Positions 48,221 to 58,054 of a stretch of DNA of 64,000 bases are shown piece by piece. Every line of letters starts with the position of its first letter. Within the stretch, counting starts at the first letter, position 1. Made by a program: the position numbers and the translations under genes. Origin of the DNA: a virus; IMG/VR virus record IMGVR_UViG_3300033149_001257, positions 46,458-110,457 of that record. One strand, 5' to 3'. The notes under the pieces are model-generated. The model worked only from the letters and a program-made list of their open reading frames with translations, searched no databases and had not been told where the DNA came from.

Positions 48221-49318
48221 ATGCCGAAAGCAAAAGAGTTAATTTTTGACGGAGAACTTTTAAGAGAAATAGCCCCAATCCCAGGTATTAGTGGAGACGA
48301 GGGGCCCATAAGAGAAAGGGTTATGAAAGAATTTAAGAAGTGTGAAAATGTGGACAATGTTAAAGTGGATGGTATGGGCAACGTCATGGCATACATCAAT
48401 GTGGGAAAAGATAAGGACACTATTCTCATAAGCGCGCACATGGATACCCCGGGCATGAGGGTAACTAAGATACACGATGGTACTATTGATGGATCTCAGG
48501 AAGGGTCGCTTATATTTCAAGATATAGGGCTCGCCCGGGACCAACTGGGCAGCACTAGGGTAAGAATACATACGGCAAAAGGGGATGTCCCTGGTATTAT
48601 ATGTACCCATGGAGTTCACATAAGAGAGGAGGATGAGGAAGAATATAATTTATATAAAATGGTAATAGACCCTGGCACAGATAGCTATAATGAAGTTAGG
48701 AGAATGGGAGTTGATATAGGCGATGGAGTATCATATGATAGCGCGATAGAACCCATTGGGGCAAGTAGATTATCTGGAGCATTTCTTGACAATAGAATAG
48801 GAGTTACCAATATAATAACTCTTGCTCAAAAATTAAATAAAAAGAAATTGAATGTTAATGTGGTTCTTGCTTGTACCGTACACGAAGAGAGTGATTTAAG
48901 CGGAATAAAATGTTTAGTAAACAATGTTAATCCCGCGGCCGTCATTGTTATGGATACGACTACGGCAATGCAGCACGACGTTGATACTGATATGTCGCTT
49001 GCTAAACTCAACGGCGGAACCACGCTGGAGATGGGAACTTATGTTAATAAAAAATTGCTTGCATTATCAATAGCAACGGCTAAAAAGTATGGCATAAAAC
49101 ACCAGAGAGAGGTTTTTGTAGACATCTATGAAACTGGCTGTACTGAATCATATGCTGCTAGGTGGTATGGTTCTGGAGTACCGGCTATCACCCTATCTTA
49201 TCCGGTAAGGTATCTGCATAGTTCAGTTGAAACCGTAGATATGAGAGATGTTTCTGATACGCTGACATTGGTTAAGTACATGCTCTATAATATCAAATCA
49301 GGGGAGAAATATATCTAA
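48221..49318 (+). CDS. M42 family metallo-aminopeptidase
   Basis: G.SG.E, DGMGN, AHMD, LDNR.G, VHEE, MDTT, P.RYLHS..E. Confidence 0.9.
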   Translation: MPKAKELIFDGELLREIAPIPGISGDEGPIRERVMKEFKKCENVDNVKVDGMGNVMAYINVGKDKDTILISAHMDTPGMRVTKIHDGTIDGSQEGSLIFQDIGLARDQLGSTRVRIHTAKGDVPGIICTHGVHIREEDEEEYNLYKMVIDPGTDSYNEVRRMGVDIGDGVSYDSAIEPIGASRLSGAFLDNRIGVTNIITLAQKLNKKKLNVNVVLACTVHEESDLSGIKCLVNNVNPAAVIVMDTTTAMQHDVDTDMSLAKLNGGTTLEMGTYVNKKLLALSIATAKKYGIKHQREVFVDIYETGCTESYAARWYGSGVPAITLSYPVRYLHSSVETVDMRDVSDTLTLVKYMLYNIKSGEKYI

Positions 49319-50061
49319 TGGCTGATATTGTTGGTTGGATAGCAAATATATTTTTTGTTGTAGGGGTTATATTGATAGCCAGAAAGAAAGCGATGGGATT
49401 TCATTTTAATATAATTGGAAACATTGGCTATCTTTCGCAAGGGGTAATACTAAAAACAAATAGCCTGACAATACTTTCTTTTGTATTGATATTGACCAAC
49501 ATCTATGGAATATGGAAATGGAGGAAATGCGATGAAAAAACAGAGTTTAAAGTCGGCGACCCGGTTGTTCTTCTAAAAACTCAGGGACAATTTAGCGAGG
49601 GTGAGCATGGTGTAGTTAAAAAGGTTTGTACGCATACGTGTGGTGTTAGTTTTGGAAAGGGTGATAGCAATTTCGCATATATTCTTATTGGAGCTTTGAA
49701 ATTATATTCATCGCCAAAAGAACCAACAAAGACAATGGAAAAATTAAACGATAAAAAAATTAAGCACTTTGATAATGGCAAGCCACGCGTTGATTTAATC
49801 CCAGGGAATGTTTTAATATCAGTGGGGAAGGTTATGGGGTTCGGTGCAAAGAGATATGGTGATAATAATTGGAAAAAGGGAACCACGTGGAAAACTTACT
49901 ATGCCAGCACCCTCAGACACCTATACGCGTGGGAAGGTGGCGAGGATATTGACCCTGATAGCAATTTGCCACATTTATCTCATGCGATTTGTGATATAAT
50001 TTACATGTTATGGTATTTCTTAAAAGGTGTGGGCGCGGACAATAGGGGAGACGTTGATTAG
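49318..50061 (+). CDS. PnuC-like membrane domain fused to a dATP/dGTP diphosphohydrolase-like domain
   Basis: 3 TM helices ending NIYGIWKW; K.D.GKPR.DLIP...GA.RYG..NW.KG...RHL.AW.GGED.DPDS.LPHL.HA. Confidence 0.8.
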   Translation: MADIVGWIANIFFVVGVILIARKKAMGFHFNIIGNIGYLSQGVILKTNSLTILSFVLILTNIYGIWKWRKCDEKTEFKVGDPVVLLKTQGQFSEGEHGVVKKVCTHTCGVSFGKGDSNFAYILIGALKLYSSPKEPTKTMEKLNDKKIKHFDNGKPRVDLIPGNVLISVGKVMGFGAKRYGDNNWKKGTTWKTYYASTLRHLYAWEGGEDIDPDSNLPHLSHAICDIIYMLWYFLKGVGADNRGDVD

Positions 50062-50090
50062 CCATGTTAACTTAAAATGGGAGGTTAACT

Positions 50091-50702
50091 ATGAGATTTG
50101 GATTTGATGTTGATGGTATATTTGGAAATTTTCGCACTCCATTTATAAAACTTGTTAATGATTATTTCAACAAAAACTATCCGCCGGGAGAGGGTACTCA
50201 CTGGAACCTCTACGAGCAATACGAGGACTTCACTCCGGGAATGCAGGCAGAGATATTTGAGTGCATTAAAGGACTTAAAAACTTCTGGGTAGACACGGTT
50301 GAGCCATTTAATATGGAAGATTTGAAATTGGTTAAAAAGTTATTATGGAATGGCGACAATGTTTATTTCATTACCAACCGGTATCCCAACCCAGATGAGG
50401 ATAGCACGCTTTCTCAGTGTAGAAACTGGTTGTTAAAATACAACATATTCCCCACCGGAATAATACTCACGAAGAATAAGGCCGAGGCATGTAATCTTCT
50501 GCAGATAGACTACTTCATAGATGACCATATTCAGAATGTCAAAGACATTACCAATAATTGCCCAACCACTGTCTGTTATATAATAGACAAAAAACATAAT
50601 CAGGATTACAAAACAATATATCGCGCAAAGACTATAAAAGAATTCATAGAAAGAGCCAAGAGTGGATATTTCAACGGAGAGGAGGGGTTTAGTGGAGATT
50701 AA
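50091..50702 (+). CDS. HAD 5'(3')-deoxyribonucleotidase
   Basis: DVDG, FIT.R, K..., FIDD motifs. Confidence 0.85.
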   Translation: MRFGFDVDGIFGNFRTPFIKLVNDYFNKNYPPGEGTHWNLYEQYEDFTPGMQAEIFECIKGLKNFWVDTVEPFNMEDLKLVKKLLWNGDNVYFITNRYPNPDEDSTLSQCRNWLLKYNIFPTGIILTKNKAEACNLLQIDYFIDDHIQNVKDITNNCPTTVCYIIDKKHNQDYKTIYRAKTIKEFIERAKSGYFNGEEGFSGD

Positions 50703-50994
50703 AGAATTTATCAACACCTGTATTGAAAACGGGTATGCCTGGAAGAAAGAGAAATGTGAGGATGTGGATGGATTTATGATTGGTTCAGAGAAGTACGATA
50801 CCGTTGCTCATTTTATCCCGGAAGCTATTCAGAAAAACGAGTGGCCTGCACTCCATAAGCAGATTGTGCAGGGAAAGAATATTCATCACTTAACGAGGAT
50901 AGTGGGGTATTTTTCCAGGGTGGAGAATTGGAATAAGAGTAAGTTGGGGGAACTCAAAGACCGGCACAGGGGGGATTACAAGGTAGGTAAATAA
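50692..50994 (+). CDS. NrdD-like glycyl-radical C-terminal module protein
   Basis: TRIVGYFS.VENWNKSKLGELKDR; lacks the catalytic barrel. Confidence 0.7.
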   Translation: MEIKEFINTCIENGYAWKKEKCEDVDGFMIGSEKYDTVAHFIPEAIQKNEWPALHKQIVQGKNIHHLTRIVGYFSRVENWNKSKLGELKDRHRGDYKVGK

Positions 50995-51105
50995 GGAGGA
51001 TTATTACAATGGCAAAGAAATCGGGTCCTAAAAGTCAGTTGAGAAAAAGAAGAAAGAAGTGTAAGGGTAAGGCGAGGAACGTAAGAAAACATTAGGGAGG
51101 ATAGA

Positions 51106-51876
51106 ATGAGTGATGAGTTAAAAGAAAGACTTGTTAAGTATGTGGACTTTGTAAAACCAACGTATATAGAAAACTGGCCGATAGAATTATACAATATGTC
51201 TATAGCCCAGGTTGACATCCCAGTTCCAGACGACATTGTAGATTGTATATTGAGCGAGAAAATACCAGCCAGGTTAATCCCTGAAATACAAAAAGCCCTT
51301 GATGTGTTTCCAATGGGAGCATTTATTAGGCTCGGCAGCAGGAGCCCGAAAGACAGCTGGACAGTTCACGATAAGGGCATGAAAACATTAAGCGCAAAAG
51401 ATGCCGTAGAATCTCTCGGTTCAAGCATGAGAGTGTTTGATGATTTATTCCTGGCAAAAAACGCAGGATATAAACCGCACTTATTTGTTCGTAAGTGGAT
51501 TGATATACCAAAGTGGGCAGAGTTTAGATGTTTCATGCACAAAAGACAGCTCAGGGGAATATCTCAATATTATTGTATTGAGGGGGAATACTTTCCTGAA
51601 ATAGAAAATAATAAAGAATCTATACAATGGGCAATCACCAAGTTTTTTAAGAATAGCTTTAAAGAAGCATCGCATATGGATTCGGTTGTATTTGATGTTT
51701 TTATTAATGTAAAAAAGCATGGCAATGAATCTGAATGGGAAGTAAAACTGCTTGAAATAAATCCATTCTTTGCCGATACTTTCCCTGGGTTGTTTAAGTG
51801 GGAAGATGGTGGAGATTTTGATGGTTCGTTTAGGATGAATAAAAAAAAGAAGGAGGATGAAGACGATGGGAAATGA
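51106..51876 (+). CDS. Cdc123/D123-like ATP-grasp protein
   Basis: FIRL.SRSPKD, S.RV.DDL, EFRCF....L.GISQY, VVFDV, LLEINPF..T..GLF.W. Confidence 0.8.
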   Translation: MSDELKERLVKYVDFVKPTYIENWPIELYNMSIAQVDIPVPDDIVDCILSEKIPARLIPEIQKALDVFPMGAFIRLGSRSPKDSWTVHDKGMKTLSAKDAVESLGSSMRVFDDLFLAKNAGYKPHLFVRKWIDIPKWAEFRCFMHKRQLRGISQYYCIEGEYFPEIENNKESIQWAITKFFKNSFKEASHMDSVVFDVFINVKKHGNESEWEVKLLEINPFFADTFPGLFKWEDGGDFDGSFRMNKKKKEDEDDGK

Positions 51877-52198
51877 ATTGTATTGCGAGCATTTGACTGA
51901 ATATGGATGCTGTAGATTAAAGATAGAGGGTTCTTCCGAGGTATGTAGGGTATACAAAACACCGGAGCTCTGCGATATGTTAAAAGAAATCCCAATGGTT
52001 AAGGTTGTGTCCTCAAACATATCCGCAGTGGGATGGAAAAAGAATGCTTTACGTATAATGTTTAATAAGGGTACGAAGTATGAATATTTTGGGGTGCCCA
52101 GGGCATTGGCCATGAAACTCATAAAATCACCATCGATTGGAAGTTTCTTCTATAAAAACATTGCAAAGAAATTTGAGTTTAAGCAGAAGGAGGATTGA
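51857..52198 (+). CDS. KTSC-domain protein with Cys-rich N-terminus
   Basis: V.SSNI.AVG....L.I.F..G..YEY.GVP......L..SPSIGSFF..NI. Confidence 0.8.
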   Translation: MKTMGNELYCEHLTEYGCCRLKIEGSSEVCRVYKTPELCDMLKEIPMVKVVSSNISAVGWKKNALRIMFNKGTKYEYFGVPRALAMKLIKSPSIGSFFYKNIAKKFEFKQKED

Positions 52199-52368
52199 TA
52201 TGACTTTGTGCGGATGCGAGCCGGGGTCCGGAGATAGAATAGAGGCCGGGCAGAAAATGGAAACTAAAAACACTAAAAGTAAATGTTGTGGAGCGCCCAC
52301 CATAATTCATGGTGACGTAACCAAGTATTATGTTTGCACCATCTGTGACCTGCCATGTGATATTTTAC

Positions 52369-52397
52369 TTGACAAGAAGTAATGGAAATGCTATAAT
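52369..52397 (+). promoter_or_regulatory. Internal consensus sigma70 promoter
   Basis: TTGACA-17-TATAAT with TG extension; palindrome GTATGCACTTAT..ATAAGTGTATAC ~30 bp downstream. Confidence 0.85.
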
Positions 52398-52494
52398 AAG
52401 CGTGGGAATAAACAATGGAGTAAGGGTATGCACTTATCAATAAGTGTATACAAAAAGTACGCAAACGACTACAATCGGCATACGGAGAATCGGG

Positions 52495-52839
52495 ATGAAC
52501 GAAAAAAACATATGGGCTGAAAAACAAAATAAACCAACTCTTATAGTGAGGGATATTCTTAAAATTACTACTGATATATCCAAGAATCAGATATACGAAA
52601 TCCTGTTACGTCGGGGAGTGTTTAAATGGTTCTCTGTCCGGCGCGAACTAATAAGACTAAAGATGTCATGGAAGAAAGAAATCAGCGCATTGAACCACAG
52701 AAAGAGCGATTATGAAAAAGGGTATGCTAAAGCCATGGATAAATGTAGGGGAGAAGTTCGGGCGCTCTGTCATAGCGAAAGGTGGGTAGCCCCAGACAAT
52801 GACGAGAAAGCGATTGAATATTTAAGGGAGAAAAGATGA
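52495..52839 (+). CDS. Hypothetical protein
   Basis: GGAG RBS before ATG 52495. Confidence 0.55.
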   Translation: MNEKNIWAEKQNKPTLIVRDILKITTDISKNQIYEILLRRGVFKWFSVRRELIRLKMSWKKEISALNHRKSDYEKGYAKAMDKCRGEVRALCHSERWVAPDNDEKAIEYLREKR

Positions 52840-53087
52840 AAACAGAGTACGAGCATATCCACTTTGTAGAATCAGAGCAGAAACCAAAAACAAAAGTATG
52901 GGACATGATTAATAATTTGAAGGGGGAATATCTGGGGCGTATAGAGTGGAGTCCTGGCTGGCGACAATATGTGGCCGTCCCGGAATTTGAAATCATGCTG
53001 AGCGCAAGTTGTCTTTGGTCTATAGAAGATTTCCTTAAACAGGTAAATGACGAGCACAAAAAAAATAACTCACCGCAGTCCGGTTGA
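52836..53087 (+). CDS. Hypothetical phage protein
   Basis: KT.VW......LG.I.W...WRQY...CL..I..F pattern. Confidence 0.6.
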   Translation: MKTEYEHIHFVESEQKPKTKVWDMINNLKGEYLGRIEWSPGWRQYVAVPEFEIMLSASCLWSIEDFLKQVNDEHKKNNSPQSG

Positions 53088-53106
53088 GGGGAGAGAGGAT
53101 GGGAAA

Positions 53107-53316
53107 ATGAAGCCAATTAAGGTAAAGATTGACACTGAAATTAGATTACACAGGGTATGGGGGGCGGTACTATTTGCAATACTCATATCACTTAATGTGG
53201 CATGGGGGATATATTTAGAAACCGACATCGTATTTATTATAGCGGCAGGTGTTGTATGGTGTCTTATTTGGGGTTTCCTTCTGGGATATGCGACAGGATT
53301 AATAAGTGATAAGTAG
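53107..53316 (+). CDS. Small membrane protein
   Basis: Two TM helices. Confidence 0.55.
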   Translation: MKPIKVKIDTEIRLHRVWGAVLFAILISLNVAWGIYLETDIVFIIAAGVVWCLIWGFLLGYATGLISDK

Positions 53317-53342
53317 TGAGAGGATTCAAGAGGGGGGGGAGT

Positions 53343-53603
53343 ATGGCTTCAGATAAAGAATTAATTGTTTTATGCGCATTAAGATACGCACTGGGTAGAA
53401 GGACATATGTTGTAAGTACGGTAGCTGAGTATATCGCTAAAATAAAGAATCCAAGCGATTGGTTAATTGACCAAGTTATCACCGAAATAGACAGGCAGGA
53501 AAAAGATAAATTCGGAAATCTTAATCCATTGGGAGACGATTGCGATGTCGTGGTATGGAATAGTCTCCGGGATAAAATGAAAGAAAAGAAGGAGAAAGTA
53601 TGA
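53343..53603 (+). CDS. Hypothetical phage protein
   Basis: ALRYALGRRTYVV...LG.DCD...W pattern. Confidence 0.6.
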   Translation: MASDKELIVLCALRYALGRRTYVVSTVAEYIAKIKNPSDWLIDQVITEIDRQEKDKFGNLNPLGDDCDVVVWNSLRDKMKEKKEKV

Positions 53604-53788
53604 AAACAGATATATGCCCGGTATGTAATGGCACCGGTCAGGTACCGTTCGGTTTCTATATGCCAGAAGGGTTCCACTTTACAGGCGGTTGGCCAGAAAC
53701 CTGCAAGAGCTGTGCTGGCAGGGGATATGTTTATGTTCCCGAAGAAGATGAATATGGGGTGTTTGGGTTGCTTGGTGCTGATTCATAA
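53600..53788 (+). CDS. DnaJ-type zinc-finger small protein
   Basis: CPVCNGTG...CKSCAGRG. Confidence 0.6.
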   Translation: MKTDICPVCNGTGQVPFGFYMPEGFHFTGGWPETCKSCAGRGYVYVPEEDEYGVFGLLGADS

Positions 53789-53957
53789 TAAAGCCTGAAA
53801 AAAGGGAGAGAGTATGATTTTCTTATGGGCCTGGTTCTTATTTTGTAGTTTTACGTTCACCGCGCTAATCATAGAAGTCACGGATAATATATTAAACCAC
53901 TTGGATGAATTAGCCAAGCACGAAAGAGATGTGAGTGAGGTATAGTAAGGAGTTAAG

Positions 53958-54251
53958 GTGGGCGATTATGATAATATACAGCACTGGTGTAAAAATGGTC
54001 ATTACTGGGAATGCGACTGCGCGGGAGAAGCCGGAGTGTGCCAGTTCTGTGGAGAAGAACCAGTATTCAGTAATTCTATAAACCTGAAAAATGAGCGCAT
54101 AAAAGAAGTATTGGTTAGAAAGGTGGAGAAGGTCTGTAATAAGTGTGGGCATAAGAAACCAGTTGGGCATATATACGTTATCCCCAAAAGAAAAGGGGAA
54201 GAATCCCATAGAGAGGCCCACTCTAAAAAAGAACAGTTAGACCTATTGTAA
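53958..54251 (+). CDS. Zinc-ribbon protein, paralog family B, C-terminal QLDLL
   Basis: WCKNGHYW; similar to 41869-42156. Confidence 0.65.
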   Translation: MGDYDNIQHWCKNGHYWECDCAGEAGVCQFCGEEPVFSNSINLKNERIKEVLVRKVEKVCNKCGHKKPVGHIYVIPKRKGEESHREAHSKKEQLDLL

Positions 54252-54261
54252 AGGAGTTATT

Positions 54262-55686
54262 GTGGAAAAATATATTAATAAAATAAATCTGGGAGATAGT
54301 CTGGAGTTACTGCCAAGCCTGCCGGAGAATTCCGTAGATGCTATTATCACGGACCCCCCTTACGAATTAGGATTTATGGGGCGCGCATGGGACAAGACCG
54401 GAATAGCCAATAATGTGGATTTATGGAAAGAAGTATTGAGGGTATTGAAACCAGGGGGGCATCTTTTGTCTTTTGGGGGCGATAGAACATCTCATAGGAT
54501 GGTTTGTGCAATAGAAGATGCTGGATTCCAAATTCGTACTTCTGTCGCATGGCTATTTGGATCTGGATTTCCTAAAAATCTTAATGTTGGTAAAAAAGTT
54601 GATGAAATCCAAGGAAATAAAAGAGATGTTGTTGGAAAAAAAGAATTATGGGGTCACAATGCTGGTTCAGGTGCAGGTAGTTTTTCTAAGAATAAATATG
54701 AGGGACAGACGGGCATAAGAAGAAGTGAGCCCATGACTGTGGGTAATTCTAAATGGGAGGGGTGGGGCACGGCATTGAAACCTGGATTTGAAATAATCTG
54801 TCTTGCCAGAAAACCCCTGAGCGAAAAAACAGTGGCTACCAATGTCTTGAAGTGGGGTACCGGGGCCCTTAATATAGACAAGTCTAGGATAAAAGGTCCG
54901 GAGCCACACCACAATTATGGTAGAACCAGTGGCGAAAAATCATTTGTTGGTAAAGGAGATGTGAGTGTTACACCAGAGGAAGGGCGCTGGCCTTCTAATG
55001 TAATTATGGAGTGTACTTGTAAGCATCCTATTCCGGGAGGCAAATCAGAAGTAATCCCCCCTGAAGAATCCAAAGGCGGTATATTCTCACCATCCCAGGG
55101 TAAACCTGCGGGCCCTACATATAAAGATAAACCTATGGTTCATACGGACCCAAATTGCCCCTGTTATCAGCTGGATAAGCAGTCCGGTACCCTAAAAAGC
55201 GGCGATGGATGTATCCGGCAGCGGGAAGGATATTTCGGTGAGCATGGAGGACTGGGTAAAAAGGGTGATGTCCAAACTACATATGGTGATGAGGGCGGCG
55301 CATCTCGGTTTTTCTATTGTGCTAAAACTTCAAAATGGGAACGTAATGTTGGATGTGAGGATATAAATCCTGTCAAGCGCGACGAAAGTAGAAAGGAAGG
55401 TAATCCGGGGGGAGATAATCCACGTAATAGGGGAGTTCATAAAGTTAATAACCACCATCCGACAGTAAAACCTATAGCTCTCATGGAGTACCTTGTGAAT
55501 TTAATCACGCCGCTAGGTGGTATTGTGTTGGATCCATTCGCTGGCTCCGGGACCACGCTTATAGCCTGCGAAAGAAACGCGTTCCAATATATAGGGATTG
55601 AAAAAGAGGAGGAGTACCATAAGATTGCAACAGCTCGTTTAGAATATTGGCGACAGTTCAAGAATAAACAATTGGATTTATTGTAA
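54262..55686 (+). CDS. N4/N6 DNA methyltransferase (beta class)
   Basis: ITDPPY, VLKPGG, HPTVKP..LM.YL, LDPFAGSGTT. Confidence 0.92.
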   Translation: MEKYINKINLGDSLELLPSLPENSVDAIITDPPYELGFMGRAWDKTGIANNVDLWKEVLRVLKPGGHLLSFGGDRTSHRMVCAIEDAGFQIRTSVAWLFGSGFPKNLNVGKKVDEIQGNKRDVVGKKELWGHNAGSGAGSFSKNKYEGQTGIRRSEPMTVGNSKWEGWGTALKPGFEIICLARKPLSEKTVATNVLKWGTGALNIDKSRIKGPEPHHNYGRTSGEKSFVGKGDVSVTPEEGRWPSNVIMECTCKHPIPGGKSEVIPPEESKGGIFSPSQGKPAGPTYKDKPMVHTDPNCPCYQLDKQSGTLKSGDGCIRQREGYFGEHGGLGKKGDVQTTYGDEGGASRFFYCAKTSKWERNVGCEDINPVKRDESRKEGNPGGDNPRNRGVHKVNNHHPTVKPIALMEYLVNLITPLGGIVLDPFAGSGTTLIACERNAFQYIGIEKEEEYHKIATARLEYWRQFKNKQLDLL

Positions 55687-55698
55687 GGGAGGTATGAA

Positions 55699-56427
55699 AT
55701 GAAATTAGATCAGAACCCGAAACTTTTTGGCTCAAAAATTATTGATGCGATCCCGCAGACAGGACATTGCCCCAATCGCTGTACCGGGTGTTTCTATAAT
55801 AACGGATTTTACCGAACCCTTGATAAACCACAGGTCCCTACGGTAGAAGAAGTGGGCGATAGATTAGTCAGGGTAAACAGTGGGCACGATAGTAATATAC
55901 AGAAAGGGTTGGTATTGGAAACTACCGAGAAGTACAAGAAGAAGTTTTATAATACGTCTATTGCGAATTATGATTTTCCTGCGCCAGTTGTTTACACAGC
56001 CAACGGTAGACGTGACGATGAATGGATTGAAAGTAGAAAGTGGAATAAGGTGGAAGCCGTAGAATTCTTAAAAAATGTCATGGCGGTAAGGTTTAGGGTT
56101 AATACTTGGAATCTTAAAGAATGTGATGGGTGCGTAGATTATTATAATCAAATGGATATTCCGGTGCTCCTGACGTTTATGAGGTATCCCCTATACGAAC
56201 AGGTTAGGGAAATTGAAAATTACGAATTCCATAAACATATCATAAACTCATACTACTGCATTAAAGAAGAAGCGTTTAGTAAGATAGTTGCCCGGTATGC
56301 AGATAATAAGCTAGTCCAGGTATGTGGAAAGACGTACGGAAATAGTTACTGTAAGAATTGCATGAACTGCGTGGAGAATTATGAGCGCGCAATGGCCAAA
56401 AAAAAAGAGGGGGGCGAAAATGTGTAA
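55699..56427 (+). CDS. Radical-SAM-like Fe-S protein
   Basis: CPNRCTGCFY (CxxxCxxC) plus C-terminal C......C..C..C. Confidence 0.65.
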   Translation: MKLDQNPKLFGSKIIDAIPQTGHCPNRCTGCFYNNGFYRTLDKPQVPTVEEVGDRLVRVNSGHDSNIQKGLVLETTEKYKKKFYNTSIANYDFPAPVVYTANGRRDDEWIESRKWNKVEAVEFLKNVMAVRFRVNTWNLKECDGCVDYYNQMDIPVLLTFMRYPLYEQVREIENYEFHKHIINSYYCIKEEAFSKIVARYADNKLVQVCGKTYGNSYCKNCMNCVENYERAMAKKKEGGENV

Positions 56428-56695
56428 ATGGGGAAACACGGTAATAGTACAAAGTGATATTCTTAAAAGCAAAAAAAGGCCAGATGGGAAAATAGCAGTT
56501 GATAGTTGTATTGCTCCACTCGTACAATGCTTAAACGATACTGGAATAAGAACGATAGCGAGTTGTTGCGGACATGGACATCAACCGAGTAGTATAATAC
56601 TTGACGAAGATAGAGAAATAAGAATAATGACTTTTAGCCAAGCAAGGAAGGTTGATAAACTCTTTCCTGGCATAGATGGAATAAAAAGAAATTAA
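56420..56695 (+). CDS. Hypothetical phage protein
   Basis: VDSCIAPLVQ.LN..GI.T.ASCCGHG pattern. Confidence 0.6.
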   Translation: MCKWGNTVIVQSDILKSKKRPDGKIAVDSCIAPLVQCLNDTGIRTIASCCGHGHQPSSIILDEDREIRIMTFSQARKVDKLFPGIDGIKRN

Positions 56696-56746
56696 AAATA
56701 AGTAGAGGGTATAAAAATGAATAAGAATAAGAGAAGGGGAGCTTAA

Positions 56747-56950
56747 ATGAAAAAAATAACCCTAGAAAGAGCATGTAATGTAATTGAGGGTATATGTTTA
56801 ATTAACGAGGGGAATAAAGACCTGGATAAAATATACAGGATAGTTCACTTGGTAAGCAATTGCAAGAATAAGCATCCCGAATGGCGGAAAGATTTTTTAA
56901 AGATGGAGAAGTTTTTAATAAAAGAAAAAATAGTGGGAGAAATAAAATGA
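56747..56950 (+). CDS. Hypothetical protein
   Basis: RBS; operon. Confidence 0.5.
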   Translation: MKKITLERACNVIEGICLINEGNKDLDKIYRIVHLVSNCKNKHPEWRKDFLKMEKFLIKEKIVGEIK

Positions 56951-57129
56951 AACTTGTAGATAGGTTAATGAAGTTAAAAAAGAGAGAGCTCTGTGAATTA
57001 TATGCCAAGTTGTTGAGGGAGGGCAGTACGGTCTGTCTGGGTAATTACCATGGATTTGATGTTGTACTGAAAAAGATATGCAGGTCAAAGTGCCATGTGT
57101 ATGGGTTGTGTAGGAAAATAAAGAAATAG
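56947..57129 (+). CDS. Hypothetical protein
   Basis: ATGA overlap with the previous stop. Confidence 0.5.
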   Translation: MKLVDRLMKLKKRELCELYAKLLREGSTVCLGNYHGFDVVLKKICRSKCHVYGLCRKIKK

Positions 57130-57140
57130 GAGGATGGGGA

Positions 57141-57518
57141 ATGAAATTATTAAAAGTGGTTGAGTTATACAAGGATGGGGATGCGGACCAGCCGGTTGAT
57201 TGTGTTTGTTTCCACCCCTGCGCAATAAAGAGATTGAAGAATGGTGAGGATGTGGATCCCCTATACTGCGCAGTAGAATTTGAGGATAAGGAGCAGGAGC
57301 TTATAGACATATGCGAGAAAATGAAATGCGACGTTTCTATAAGTAGATTCCAACTTGTTCAATTAGATGATGGAAAAGAAATACCTGCTGGGTATGAGTG
57401 GGCTATTGAGATAAAGAATTACGACGAAAAAAATAGTATTAATATTTACTGTAATGGCAAAATTAAACCCGAGGTAATAGAAGAAGCCATGTCTAAATTA
57501 GAGAAGGAGGGGAAATGA
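57141..57518 (+). CDS. Hypothetical protein
   Basis: AGGAGG RBS. Confidence 0.55.
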   Translation: MKLLKVVELYKDGDADQPVDCVCFHPCAIKRLKNGEDVDPLYCAVEFEDKEQELIDICEKMKCDVSISRFQLVQLDDGKEIPAGYEWAIEIKNYDEKNSINIYCNGKIKPEVIEEAMSKLEKEGK

Positions 57519-57778
57519 GAATTAAGCCAGAAAGAATATTAGACGTAAAGTGCGACAGATGTGGCAAGATGTTAAGTGGTGAGGATTGGAAAAAGACATG
57601 GTTAAACTATTTCGTGTCATTTGGTTTTAATGCGTTAATTAAAAAAGAAGCATATTATACTGACCTGTGCCTTGAGTGTGGTAAGGAACTTGAGAAGCGA
57701 GTGAAAAAACTCGTAGAATCAATTATGGAGTTTGCTCCCAGCGATGATTCTGGTAATGTTCATAAGGAGGCGGAATGA
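57515..57778 (+). CDS. Zinc-ribbon protein
   Basis: CDRCGK...DLCLEC. Confidence 0.6.
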   Translation: MRIKPERILDVKCDRCGKMLSGEDWKKTWLNYFVSFGFNALIKKEAYYTDLCLECGKELEKRVKKLVESIMEFAPSDDSGNVHKEAE

Positions 57779-58053
57779 AAAAATCAGAGAGTGGTAAATT
57801 AGACCAGCTCGCATCAAGCCTCAGGGGTATAATAGCGTTTGCCTCTGTACCGGTTGCAAGGTGTTTATGTGGCAACTATAATATGGGGCAGGCTGGAACA
57901 GATAGAGACAAGATGAGGAAAAACCTAGTATTGAATTTGGCCGCCATGGGCTGGGAAGTAAAACCAGGTGGTGAAATGTTTAGGGTGAGATGTCCGGAGT
58001 GTATGGAAAAAGGGATAAATAAAATAGTTGTTATGAAAATGAAGGAAAGGTGA
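57775..58053 (+). CDS. Zinc-finger hypothetical protein
   Basis: CLCG...GW....RCPEC. Confidence 0.55.
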   Translation: MKKSESGKLDQLASSLRGIIAFASVPVARCLCGNYNMGQAGTDRDKMRKNLVLNLAAMGWEVKPGGEMFRVRCPECMEKGINKIVVMKMKER

Positions 58054-58054
58054 A

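Noticed and set aside
49740-50061. dATP/dGTP diphosphohydrolase as a sign of a 2-aminoadenine (Z) genome
   Set aside because: No PurZ or phage DNA polymerase in the window, and adenine methylases are present.
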